This document shows, in pieces, positions 23,651 through 37,190 of a DNA stretch of 64,000 nt. The position numbers and the translations under genes are program-made. Positions within the stretch are counted from its first letter, which is position 1. Each line of letters starts with the position of its first letter. The notes beneath the pieces are model-generated. The model saw only the letters and a program-made list of their open reading frames with translations, was not told the origin of the DNA and searched no databases. The DNA comes from Eledone cirrhosa (Eukaryota): NCBI GenBank assembly GCA_964016885.1, contig OZ024746.1:124001-188000 (forward strand). Direction: 5' to 3'.

Positions 23651-23914
23651 CCAATATACACAACAGACCCAAAAGTACCCCTCCAACCCAATAGTGTTGC
23701 TCGGGTGACCACTCTTTACCCCAAGCTAGGCCCCAGGTCAGTCATGATTTAATCAATTTCTCTGATCAAAGACGTTCCAGCCGTGACTACCTTGTCTTTG
23801 CCTTTAAACATAGGAATACATTATACAATGCCCTTCCCTTATTTGGGGTGTTTGGGCTGCCAGAGCCCCATCTACTAGGAATAAGCTAGCTCTCTTCACC
23901 GTTTTAAGTTAAAC

Positions 23915-24098
23915 AGGGGATTGGCAGTATCAGTAGAGGGTCGGGCGCTATGCTTTGCAACACAGGGTTACGCCCCTTTATGATCTGAGTTCAAATCCCG
24001 CCAAGGTTAACTTTGCCTTTCATCCTTACGGGGTCGATAAAATAAAGTACCAGTAATGCACTGGATAATTGCTGGCCTTGTGCCAAAAGTAGAAACAA
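23915..24098 (+). mobile_element. SINE copy (longest copy of the 7695-7860 family)
   Basis: ttggcagtatcagtagag...gagttcaaatcccgcc head plus conserved core. Confidence 0.75.
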
Positions 24099-25028
24099 TT
24101 ACATCTATTAGTGAAGACACCTGTTAAATAATTTATTGCATATTCAAATTCAGGAATTACATCAAATAAATTAAATTTAAAAAATTAATTGGATTCCAAA
24201 TAATTTTTTTCCACCTTCCCCTTAATACAGACCACCTGAAACCGCCTCTGGTTCTACGATATAAAACTGTTTTAAAGTGTTTTTATTTTATTTTTCAAAA
24301 ACTTCCATCATAATATTATGTAATAACCTTTATGTTATGTTCCAGACACCAGTTTAATAACAAAGTTAGTTTACATTACATAATCTATCTAAATACTTGA
24401 TTATTTTCAAAATGATTTAAAAAATCAAATACAGTTCATTCCATTAGAAACATGGGATTGAAAGGGTTAAATGTGTAGAGAAAAAAAACATTAAGAAAAT
24501 GTCTCGTTATTCCCCAGAATAATTGTAGAAACTGTTGTAAGAATTTACAACAGGGAACCTGTGAAACAAGTTTATGGCGCCAAGTGAGGACGGGATGAAA
24601 AACTTTCCTTGTACATTCCTTTAACATTCTCATCGCTTCTAAATGTTTTAAACTTTGTTTTTTTGTAAAAACCATAAATCTAGTTCAGTGATAACAAGAT
24701 ACATAATATGATTATATATATATATGTATGTATATATTTAATATAGAAATGGCTCCTACAGGACTAGAACTGTTTCATTCGGGAGAATATATATATTGTA
24801 TAAGCTTCGTAAACAATTGTCAATCGGTTTTTACAGTCACTAATTTACACTAACCACAGTCAATGTGAATAACATTGTGTATACCTTATATATGTGTGTG
24901 ATTTGAACACGTAACTATATATCAGTGTTCGTCTCTCCTTACAGTATTATAAGGCTCGGAAAAATGTTTCTCCTTGAGCTATCTTAATTACAGGGGACGA
25001 TTGTAAGTTTTAAACTATTTTGATACAT

Positions 25029-25062
<34 letters not shown>

Positions 25063-25135
25063 GTGTGTATGTATGTATATATATATATGTATGTATATAT
25101 ATATATGTGTATATATATATATGTGTATATATATA

Positions 25136-25175
<40 letters not shown>

Positions 25176-25271
25176 TATATATATACACATATATATATAT
25201 ACACATATATATATACATACATATATATATACACATATATATATATACATACATACACACACACATATATA

Positions 25272-25406
25272 TAACGAAGGAGTTGTGGTAAGGAACCAGG
25301 TGGACCATAACGCACCAGAGTACTCAATACTTAGGGTAGTAGAGTGGCTAATAGGAGAAAGTATGACCCCGACGGCAGAGCTCAAGCCGTTTCGACGGCT
25401 ATTTCT

Positions 25407-25410
<4 letters not shown>
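25272..25410 (+). mobile_element. Short interspersed element embedded in (TA)n, same family as 59683-60085
   Basis: aggaaccaggtggaccataacgcaccagagtactcaatacttagggtagtagagtgg...gaccccgacggcagagctcaagccgtttcg. Confidence 0.7.
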
Positions 25411-25461
<51 letters not shown>

Positions 25462-26283
25462 CATACATACATACATACATATTCATATATATATATATAA
25501 TTCTTATACCGGACACCCAAAAACAAATTAGACATAACTTTATAATTATCTCCCTCGTACTTCAAATTAACTTTATATTTTAGATAAAGGGTTTGGGAGT
25601 TTCATTTTGTTGTAAAATGTTAAATTGTTGGTAGAAATAACATTATTTTCACAATAATATTGTATTAAAAGTTTTAAACATTTAAAAAAAAAGTCGTCAG
25701 AGAAGCAACAGAAATAATTACAAGAAAATACGGAAGATCTAAAAACTATTTCTAACATAAATATGAATCAAATCTACTCCCCTCCTTGTCATTTAAGTTA
25801 CATAAAGAATTACTGTAGAACATTTGTTTTATATTAAAAATATATTTATGTAATTATAACAGTCATATATATATATATGTATGTGTAAAAAATGGCCAGC
25901 CCAGGTTTCAACTGAAAATAAAACGAACTGGTGGAAGAGAATGAAGCTCGAACCTTTATAACGAGAATAACGTGAACGATATTTCGGTTTGGTGGAATCC
26001 AAAATTCCAGAACGTTGGAATCAGGTCGACAGGAATCAGGAATACAATAACACAGTTCTGTAGTTCCGTAGTTCTGTACATTTGCTTTATATATAAACTC
26101 AACTGACAGGGGAAGCAGTTATTCGGTTATGTGAAGTAAAGAAGACTACAACAAATGAAACTAGTAATAAAAGGTTGTGATGATGGTGGTGGTAGCGGGA
26201 GATATTATTGAGGTGGGGGAGAGCTTCAGATAGATGGCTTGTTGGCTTGTGTTTTATATCTTTCCCTCTTTCCACTGTCGTAT

Positions 26284-26465
26284 GTCATGTGGCACAATTG
26301 TTAGAGAGGCAGGTTGAGACCGGTGAGCCTGAGTAAGGGCTTATATATACACACGCGTGTGTGTGTATATATATATATATATATTCTTGTTGTATGACAT
26401 GTGGTACAATTGTTAGAGAGGCAGGTTGAGACCGGTAACCCAGACTAAGGGCATATATATACACA

Positions 26466-26506
<41 letters not shown>

Positions 26507-26572
26507 TTGTCGTATGACATGTGGCACAATTGTTAGTGAGGCAGGTTGAGACCAGTGACCCAGACTAACTGC
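26284..26572. repeat. About 115-bp tandem repeat x2.5
   Basis: catgtggcacaattgttagagaggcaggttgagaccggt... Confidence 0.85.
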
Positions 26573-28024
26573 ATATATATATTCGATACAGACTCTCTAT
26601 ATATACTCGATATAGACTTTATATTCTATATATACGATATATACTCACCTCCACAATAACAAGCAGCAGTAGTAATAGCTACATTTTAAAAAATAATTGT
26701 CGCTGCTGTCGTCATTTTAAACGGGGTTTTTCAGTTGTTTTATTTAACAAGAAACTAGAACATTGTATTAAAATTACAAAATTACAAAATGTTTCAAAAA
26801 AATAAATAGAATTCAAATCTAAACGAAAGGAGAATTAATTTTTTTTTTTTTTACTAAAATTTGGTTTTGTGATAATTTATTGAGAGATGACATGATAGAA
26901 TATAGGAATGCTGTGATCGATGGAAGCTTTGTTATAATAATATATCAGAATAAGAGAATAAGCAAAAGAACGAATATTTAATCCTAAATTCTTGATTTTC
27001 CCACAGAGTATTCTCTTAATTCTTGTAAGTTCCAATTTCAGATTTGCAGAATTGACGTTTTTATGGCATTAAATGTAAAATGAAAAATATATTCAGAGCA
27101 AATTAATATATTAAGTATATTTTTTTAATGTAAAATAAAATATATTTATAGTAAATTAATATATTATTAAGTGTAGTTTGGTTCTTTAGCTGACTAACGA
27201 AACGGATCATTTTTCAATACAAGAAGAATGAGAAGCAAAAATTATCTTTGACTTATATAATAAATGACTTGTTTAATTTCCTTTTGCCAACTTATTAAAA
27301 TTTTTGATAACTTTACTTTATAGAAGTTGTTAATTTTTTAATATGATATATAATTTATATATAATAAATTTCTTTCACATATCATTATCATCATCACTGT
27401 TTAACGTCCATTTTTCCACACAAGCATGGGTTAGACGAGTTGTCCTGCTTAAACGAGATCAGTTGATCATGTCTTGTTCATACAGAACTGTTTCTGGCTT
27501 GGTTTCTATGGCTGGATGCCCTTCCTAATGCCAATCACATTTACAGTGTGGACTGGGGACTTTTTCTCGTGACACTGACAAGCATGCCTATATATTATTG
27601 GCTGCATCTTGGTTTTGGGAATCACCATTCCTTGAGCATTTTCTCATACATGGATGGCACAAACATGACTTTTTAGGTTTCGCCAAGGATTTAGATTCCT
27701 TACTGCGTATGCTGCAATGATAGAGAAAAAAAAGGCCATGCACATGCAACATATGTGAAAGTCATTTAGATCATGAGAAGCCTTTGTTTTGCACTGGACC
27801 AATCCCACTCTCTGAATAACAGTGGCAGGTATCTAAAAAGAAGAACAGGTCAACATCTTTGGATGCCATCGAGTCACAGGTTTTACATCAGAGTTTTCCT
27901 TTTCCTAGAAGGATGTTGTTACAAGAACTAGGGGTCTCCCAATCTTGGTGGGCTAACTGCACACTTGGCCACCTAACCAAATCCATCCATCCATCCACAC
28001 ACACACATATACATACATACATAC

Positions 28025-28735
28025 AGTCAGGTGACAGATATCTTGGACAGGATGAGAATGTCAGATATGATGGACTCATAAATAAGGAGAGAACCAGAAC
28101 TGAATACCTCAGGAAAGTAAGGAAAATATGGTCATCAGAACTATCAGCGTACAATAAATACATTGTCCACAATACTTATGCTGTGCAAATCCTAACACCA
28201 ACATTTGGCCTGCTGAAATGGTCAATGCAAGAACTATGTGAGATGGATGTAAGAACTCGCAAGCTTCTCAGTGTTACTGGGAACTTTAACATCAATGGTA
28301 ATGTGGTTAGGCTCTACTTCTCACGCAAGGAAGGTGGCTGGGGTCTAAAATCCATATTAACATCAAACGAGGCCCAAATAGTAACTCTGAAGCAACATCT
28401 TCAACAGAAGAAAAAGGTCAGCAACTATCTTGCCCAGCTATATGAGCATAAAGGAAATAATATCATTAGGATAACCACTGATCTGTAATAGAAATATGGA
28501 ATAAGGCCTGATATAAATCTCTCTCCCAAGGAAATTGAAAGTATAACTGAACTTGGATTTGTGGACAAAGAGTCCAGCTCCCTAATTCATAAACTACAAA
28601 TGGCTGCGATAGCTGGCACCTTCAAAATCTGCAAAACATTCTTGCAATTCTAGGGATGATGATTTCATTTCTTTTACAACCTTGCCACCAAGAAGCTGGC
28701 CAGTCAAAAATGGACTCGAAATTAAGAGAGAGACA
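28025..28735 (+). mobile_element. R4/Dong-like (RLE-type) non-LTR retrotransposon fragment with internal deletion
   Basis: YLG..E...EYLRKVRKIWSSELSAYNK...LTPTFG...W...L..MD..TRK.L...RLY..RKEGG.GL; flanked by (CATA)n. Confidence 0.8.
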
Positions 28736-28789
28736 TACATACATATATCATCATCATCATCATCATCATCATTTTACATCCATACATAC

Positions 28790-29120
28790 ATCATCATCAT
28801 CATTTTACGTCCACTTTTCCCTGCTTACAAGGGTGGGATGCGTCACGGTCCTTCGTCATCTCATCCGGGATCTTCAGTGATCTCAGGTCAGATCTCACTA
28901 CCTCCGCCCATAATTTTTGTGGTCTTCCTCTACTGCGTCTTCCTTCTACTGGGATTTCTTGGCACTTCTTTACTCAGCAGTCATCCTCCATGCGCATCAC
29001 ATGTCCATACCAATACAGTCTTCTCTCCCACACTACAACTTATCCCCCTTAAACACAGTTTCTCTCTCAACTCATCTATGCTTGGTCGTGCACGCACATT
29101 GACATTGCACATCCAACATA
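28790..29120 (-). mobile_element. RTE 3' fragment
   Basis: (cat)n tail; WYGHVMR homology. Confidence 0.65.
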
Positions 29121-29259
29121 CATGATCCTATAATGGTATTTGTAATAAGGAATGTGTAACCAGAGAATATTACACCCGATTAATAAAAATATGGTTATTG
29201 GAACTCTCTGTGCACAATAAAACAGTGGCTCACAATGTGTTTGCTGTGCCTGTCCTAAC

Positions 29260-30985
29260 ACCAACGTTTGGAATACTTGATTGGATGATAGACGAAATCT
29301 AAGTAATTGATGTTAGAACTCGGAAAATACTAAAGAACACCGGAAACTTCCACATCAACAGTAACATAGACCACCTCTACTTGAAACATAAGCAGGGAGG
29401 CAGTGTCGCATCATATCCCTCTGACAACATTTACGAACCTCAAAGCGTAGGAGCTCATCTATCGAACAAATCTATCTGCATGAAACAGATAAGATCATGA
29501 GAGTTGGGAAGGAACTCCTTGAAAGATATTCACTGCATGATAATCAAAACTCACACCCAGGGAAATTGCCCAGAAGTACCGCAGTGAATTCATGGATGAA
29601 AAACTGCATGCTTATCAGAAAAAATTCATGCATGGATATGTTGCCAGGGAGCTCCAGAGTGAAAGTAATATAGATAAAGAAAGGAGGTACATGGCTTAGT
29701 GGTTAGAGCATTGGCCTTGCAATCGAAAGGTTGTGAGTTCAATTCTCAGACCGAGTGATGTGTTGTTTCCTTGAGCAAGACACTTTATTTCACATTGCTC
29801 CAGTTTACTCAGCTGTAGAAATGAGATGATAGGGACTGGGGTCCATATCATTCCACTGCAAAGTGGTCGTGCAGGTGCCACGACAAAAAAGCACCCAGCA
29901 CTCACTGTAAATGAGGTTGGTGTTAGAAAGGACATCCAGCTGTAGAAATCAAGCCAAAATCAGTTCCCGTCCCACCCTTGCAAGCAGGGAAAAAGCGGAT
30001 GTAAAATAAAATGAAATGATGAAAATGAAAGTAGTCTATCTTCGACCAACAACTGCTATATTGGCTCCCACTTTGAAGGATACGCTTTTGCAATCCAAGA
30101 ACAGCAAATCAATACAAAATACCTGATTCACAAAAGAGATAGGGATGCAGGCAAAACACCTAGATGTGACAACAAGTGCAGACTCTGCAGAATTAACATC
30201 GAAGATGTCACCCATGTCATAAGCAGCTGTCCAAAGATGCCATCACGGTACTATCTACCTATGAGGCATGATATAGTGGCCAAAATACTGTACAATGCAA
30301 TCTGTAGAAAGGATAGCCTTGACAATAAACACATTAAAAGCTACAGCAAATGAGGAAGACATACATATACATAATATGAAAGAGTACTGGTGGAATGTTC
30401 CAGTAAAAACCCCAATAAGATGCAGGCATAACAGACCAGATATAAAGATATGGGACAGGGAAAAGAAGGCATGCACAGTAGTGGAAGTTAGTTGCCCAGC
30501 AGATGCCAATATAGTATCAAAGATTAGCGAAAAGGAGAATATTTATGCAGAACTGATGAGAAATCTGCAGATACTCCACCCTAACTATACATTCAGATTT
30601 ATGCCTGTGATTATTGGGAAACTGGGATATGTTAGTAACTGCCTCAATATAAATCTTGAGAAGCTGGCCTTCAAAGAACATGACTAGTTAGGAAATTACA
30701 AGTACAATCCATTAATGGAACAGTAAAAATATGTAAAACATTCCAAAAATTCTGCATCTAGAAACTGCATATACACTTGTACAGATACAAAGCATATGCA
30801 CATACAACTCAAAACATACACATCCACACATACAATAACATCCATACCTGCACATGCATGCATGCATACATATCTACCTAGTTGATGTTGTGTAAATTCC
30901 AATGAGAGAGTCTTGTATCTATGTTAGAAACCGGCTCTCTTTCTATTGGCAAAAATTTGTGAAATTATAAAACCAGAAGAACATA
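29260..30985 (+). mobile_element. R4/Dong-like RLE non-LTR retrotransposon 3' half (CCHC zinc knuckle, RHD, PD-(D/E)xK endonuclease), interrupted by a SINE
   Basis: CRLC....EDVTHVISSC; MRHDIVAK; NRPDIKIWD...VVEVSCP...KE.IY..L. Confidence 0.85.
29683..30030 (+). mobile_element. tRNA-head SINE with RTE-derived 3' tail
   Basis: ggaggtacatggcttagtggttagagc...gtgagttcaattctc head; tail shared with RTE 3' UTR; near-identical to 34237-34589. Confidence 0.85.
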
Positions 30986-30989
30986 TATA

Positions 30990-31883
<894 letters not shown>

Positions 31884-31949
31884 TACATACATGATATCTG
31901 CCCCCTCGTTATTGAGTATGGCCATTGCACAATATAACATTATTAATAA

Positions 31950-32835
31950 CTAGCAGTAAAGCCCGGCGTTGCTCGGGGTCGCTCAGTAGCTGTGTTAAAG
32001 TTACAATGTTAAGTTTCTTTTTTGGCTTAAAAACTGTAGTGTCTACTGTGCAGACTTGCATGTGGTGTTTTTGATTAATATTCCCTCAACCAACAATATG
32101 CCTTATGAAGTTAAGAAAACATAACGATAACCCGAATGTTATAACAAAATAGGATGTTGGGGATAAAAACTGCACTGGTTATTTATTAACAAAGATCGAA
32201 AATGTAAACACTGCAACGCAGAGAAAAACATTAGCGTAACCAAATTATCAGTTATGTCTGTCTGCATGCCTATATCACCTCTCTGCACGACTGTCTGTCT
32301 GCACGCCTATATCACCTCTCTGCACGACTATCTGTCTGCACGCCTATATCACCTCTCTGCACGACTATCTGTCTGCACGCGTATATCACCTCTCTGCACG
32401 CCTAATGACGAAATATTTGCTTGTTTTACGTAGTCTTTAAATAGACTTGTTTTCAAGTAAAAATATTGTTTTAAAATGCTTTTAAATGGAAATGAAGCAA
32501 AACGGAAGGTTAGTGTTCGAACTGATGAATTTTGTTCGTGTATTGTGTTAATGTCATTTTAAACGCTGAGAAAGCCAGCGTAATTTTTTACGTAAGACGC
32601 TCAATGTAAACAGAACAAAGGGAAATAACTGATAACTTACGCTCAAAAATCGATACATTATATTCGATTTCGTCACATAGGGTGGGTCAATTTGAAATTT
32701 TTTTTTTCCGATGTCTTCGCTAGGGCTCAATGTACAAGTATAGCAATTTCGGTGCAATTCCGTGAGAGATTCTAAGAGGAGATGTGTGCCAAAAATCGAT
32801 AGACAGACAGACAACCACAGTTTTATATATATAGA
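31950..32835 (-). mobile_element. Non-autonomous Helitron
   Basis: Minus strand A|TCTATATATAT...CCCGAGCAACGCCGGG hairpin...CTAG|T; inserted at AT with no TSD; internal 37-bp tandem x4 (32255-32403). Confidence 0.85.
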
Positions 32836-33309
32836 TTATCAATTAATGCTATCGTGCAATGGCTGTGTGTGAAGAATTTTTTTAAAGTGAGAAAAGACTG
32901 TGCACTGAGCCAATCCCATTCTTTGAGCGACAGTAGCTATAATCCGAAAAGAAGAAAAGATCAACATCATTAGTAACTACTGAGCTGCAGGATTTATGTC
33001 GGAGTTATCCCAGTTTCCTGAGTTGCCTTCTCCTAGAAGAATGCCCTGAGAAAGGCTAGGGATGCTTCACTCCCAGTGGTTTAACCGCACGATCGGGTAT
33101 CCAGCCCGATTATTTCTATGTCTCCACGCATACGCATTACATGCATACATTTATATAAATATATATATATACATATATACACATCCATTCATGTATATAC
33201 ATATTTACACATGTTTTGATGGCCGTTGACTCTTCCGCCCTTTGTCTGGTTTTGTTTTTTGTCCTGCAGGGTGTCCAAAATCACCCTCCTCACCATAATA
33301 ATAATAATA

Positions 33310-34070
33310 ATTCTGGATGTAAAGTTTTAGCACCAGTAGAATACAAATATAGACATGACAGAGTTGGCTAATATCTACACTGGGTAATATGTTGACAAAA
33401 TCAAAGCTGAAGACAAGTGGTACAATCATCACCCTGAGGCTGTAACTGAAGGAGAAAAAGTAACAATTCTCTGGGACTTTCCTGTACATACTGATAGGAC
33501 CATAAAAGCAAATAGACCTGACATCATACAAGATCAACATAACAAGGTCTGTTTATTGATAGATATGAGCATCCCATGTGATCACAATATCGCGGCAAAA
33601 GCATTTGACAAGCTACGAAAATATAAAGATCTGCTTATTGAAATTGAGAAAATGTGGCACCTCAAGGCCGTTACAATACCAGTGATTGTAGGAGGACTGG
33701 GAATGATCAAGAAAGGAACAGAACAATATTTGCGAATGATTCCTGGTTTACCCTCTCTGCACGAGGTGCAAACAATTGTTTTGACTGGTACTGCACACAT
33801 ATTGAGAAGAGCACTATCTCTGTAAAATTGATAACCCTCCTTGTATTTACATATGCATATGCACATGAGTATATATGTATACTGCTTTTTCTTTTTACAT
33901 ATGCATATACACATGAGTATATATGTATACTGTTTTTTGTTTTTTAAAAATTATAATCAATGTGCTGTATTAACTGGCTTACCGATGCACACTGTGAATT
34001 TATTTGCCCTAGGTGTCAGGAAGACACTCGACATATATCTCAGAAACAATAATGAAAGAAAATAAAAACA
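33310..34070 (+). mobile_element. R4/Dong-like RLE element 3' end in (TAA)n
   Basis: ILWDFPVHTDRTIKANRPDI...LIDMSIP.D......KLRKYKDL...VIVG.LG; (TAA)n on both sides. Confidence 0.85.
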
Positions 34071-34102
34071 ATAATAATAATAGTAATAATAAAATATATA
34101 TA

Positions 34103-34221
34103 TTTTACGGCCATATCACGCTGAAAACACCGGTTCTCGTCCGATCACCGAAGTTAAGCAACGTCGAGCCTAGTTAGTACTTAGATGGGTGACCGCTTGG
34201 GAACCCTAGGTGCCGTAAGCA
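34103..34221 (+). rRNA. 5S: Solitary 5S rRNA copy (gene or retrocopy)
   Basis: TTACGGCCATATCACGCTGAAAACACCGGTTCTCGTCCGATCACCGAAGTTAAGC...GATGGGTGACCGCTTGGGAACCCTAGGTGCCGTAAGCA; box A and box C present; first 2 nt do not pair with the 3' end; only TTT downstream. Confidence 0.93.
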
Positions 34222-34236
34222 TTTACTGCTATTTAT

Positions 34237-34589
34237 GGAGGCACATGGCTTAGTGGTTAGAGCATTGGCCTTGCAATCGAAAGGTTGTGAGTTCAATTCT
34301 CAGACCGGGTGATGTGTTGTTGCCTTGAGCAAGACACTTTATTTCACATTGCTCCAGTTTCCTCAGCTGTAGAAATGAGATGATAGGGACTGGGGTCCCT
34401 ATCATTCCACTGCAAAGTGGTTGTGGAGGTACCACGGCAAAAAAGCACCCAGCACTCACTGTAAATGAGGTTGGTGTTAGGAAGGGCATCCAGCTGTAGA
34501 AATCAAGCCAGAATCTGTTCTTGTCCCACCCTTGCAAGCAGGGAAAAGCAGACGTAAAATGAAATGAATGAATGAATGAATGAATGAAT
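34237..34589 (+). mobile_element. tRNA-head SINE with RTE-derived tail, directly downstream of the 5S copy
   Basis: Same family as 29683-30030; (TGAA)n tail. Confidence 0.85.
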
Positions 34590-34883
34590 ATATATATACA
34601 CATATACATATATACACACACATATACATATCTATATATACATATACATATACACACACACACGCAAACACAATAACAATTAACGGTGCTGCGATCCAAT
34701 GTGGCTTTTTAGCCCAGCCAATGATCTAAAATGTCTTTCACAGAGCTGGCAATCAAAACATTCACTGGCAGTAGCCGGCTGTGGTTGGAGTTCATGTACT
34801 TTTACATGTTGTTTGAGCCCTCCTGCTGATCAACACTTTTAACGAAGGGTATTGGTAAAATTTGTTAGATGGGATAACAAGAT

Positions 34884-35645
34884 TGTTACATATAATAACA
34901 AGAATAAAGATTTAGTTTATATATAAAGGTTTACTTCACTTGAGTCAAAAAGAACAATAAACATATTACCATGAGTTGCAAAGGTTGACAATGTTATTTT
35001 TTTATTGATGTGAAAACAGCGAGCGACCAGATAAAGTTTGTTGGTGGTTGCAGTCCGTGGTAGTAGTTCTCATCGTGAGTCTGGTTTAGTCTGCGACCAG
35101 GAGAGAAAGAAAGTAATGGTTTGTAGTTGACTGTAGACCACTGTAGCCTGTAGATAACGGTGAATCTTTCACATAGCTTGTAATAGCGTACTGCTCCGAT
35201 CGCTCTGTATGTCTATAGACCTCTGGGGCCTGAAGGTAGTGACGAATCTTTCACATAGCTGGTCTGTATCGTGGTGCTCCGATCTCTCTGTATAAATGTG
35301 GGATGATACAGGCTTTATATACCTGTCGCTTTCTGTCTCCCACCTCGAGGGGATAGCCCACGCATGAACCTGTTCACACCGTACTGCTCCGATCGCTCTA
35401 TATGTCTATAGACCTCTGAGGCCTGAAGGTAGTGACGAATCTTTCACATAGCTGGTCTGTATCGTGGTGCTCCAATCTCTCTGTATAAATGTGGGATGAT
35501 ACAGGCTTTATATACCTGTCGCTTTCTCTCTCTCACCTCGAGGGGATAGCTCATGCATGAACCTGTTCACACCAAAAGGGTGGTGACCTAGAGTTTGACC
35601 TCTAGGTGTCACCCAAGGTTCAAGGCGTGGACAGATTTCGCTACA
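34884..35645 (-). mobile_element. LTR-like element with a duplicated about 193-bp internal segment
   Basis: Minus strand TGTAGCG...TGTAACA ends; TATATAAAG in each duplicated unit; AATAAA near 35000. Confidence 0.5.
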
Positions 35646-35949
35646 TTAGTTCCCTACCAAGATCGATGCAGGAGCAGCAATCGATTATAAAAGGGGTAGC
35701 GAAATCTGATTCTAGAAGCGTGTCCTAAAACACACAAAATGTGGGTACTGCACCCGCACTTCGAGTGTAAGTGTAGAGAAATTTGGAGAGAGAAAAAAAA
35801 AATTGTATAACTGTGTATGCATGTGTGTGTGTAACATTTAGAAGAAACTGTAAATATACAAAGTTGTGGTCATGTATTTCGAACTGTTGTGTATGGATGG
35901 ATGTTGGGGTTACGGTATCGGATTACGATATGATAACACAGAGGACTAT

Positions 35950-36272
35950 TTCTCTCGATGTATCATCATACGTAAGATTCTTTTCCAGTGAGTCGAGGTT
36001 TACGCTATGACATGAGTGTGTGCAATTTTGAGTTGCGTGCTTCAGTGAGTCGAGCGAGTAGTAATCGTGGGTTGTTTATCATGTGTTTAATAGCTGTTGC
36101 CATACCTCAACCTGTTGTATCTCGATGTATTATCATACGTAAGATGCTTTTCCAGTGAGTCGAGGTTTATGCTATGACATGAGTGAGTGCAATTTTGAGT
36201 TGCGTGCTTGAGTGAGTCAAAGCGAGTAGTACCCGTGGGTGAGTTTCTCATGTGTTTAATAGCTGTTGCCAT
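35950..36272. repeat. About 168-bp tandem duplication in decayed ORF-like sequence
   Basis: tctcgatgtatcatcatacgtaagat...agctgttgccat x2. Confidence 0.75.
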
Positions 36273-36664
36273 GGACCTCGACCAGTTGAAAAGTGATCTC
36301 GCTGAGACCCAACCAAATCCAGAATATACCATAGACAAAAACATGTTGGTGTGTGACAAAGAAAATGATATGTGTTTGATGCAAAACGTGTATGTTGATA
36401 CAGGCATATAATATAGTGAAACAAATAAAAAAATAAAATGAACATTCATATGTAACCTGTAAAAATAAAAAAAATTTTTTATATAATTGTTCTTTACAAA
36501 AAGTTCAGTTTTCTCTTCTTTATGTGATCGTTTTCTTGCTGTTGTTGTTGAGATTACGAAGCAAGTGGTGAAGTGTTTGGTAATGAATCGAAAAATCAAA
36601 GCGAAGTTACTGTAAATATTCCGTAGAATGGAAGTTTGTGGTGAATAATTATTCTTAATTATAA

Positions 36665-37190
36665 TTAACTTGTGTGGGATGACACAATCTTCTCCAGGGA
36701 AGGTCTTAGCATTTATTACCATCTGTCTATCTCGACTTACAAGTATGAAAGACTTGTGTATTCACGTGATTGGTATGGGAATAGATGGCTGACTAATTTC
36801 CTGAAATAGTGTTGCAAATTGGTTAGATTATTTGCATCACAGTATTCCATGAACCTCCTTCTCTCTTTGTTTCTTGAGCCATAACCTTAGCTGCCAAAAA
36901 CTCTACTGAATTCATCCTGGTACTGGCCAACATGTCCATTGAACTTTCCTGCCAAGATGCATCCTTTGTCATCTATAACTGAGGTTGTCTGTAAAAGTTC
37001 CTCATAGAAACAGTTCTTTTGTTGTTTACTCAGTCCTGTCTGTGGTGCATAGCTAGATGTAATTCTCACCATTCTATTGCCTACAGCTATTCTAAACTAC
37101 CTTTATCTATCAATTTCTCAACTAATAAAATACCAACACTACATAGCACACTGTTATTTTCTACACAGAAAAGTTTCTATCTATGTCATC
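36665..37190 (-). mobile_element. Old RTE endonuclease fragment
   Basis: SYAPQTGL...FY..L...AG.FNGHVG; VINAKTFPGEDC. Confidence 0.7.

Noticed and set aside
24984-25583. Tyr/Ile-rich ORFs
   Set aside because: (TA)n/(CA)n microsatellite translations
29683-29755. Functional tRNA gene (also 34237-34310)
   Set aside because: No acceptor stem closure; continues into a SINE body and LINE tail
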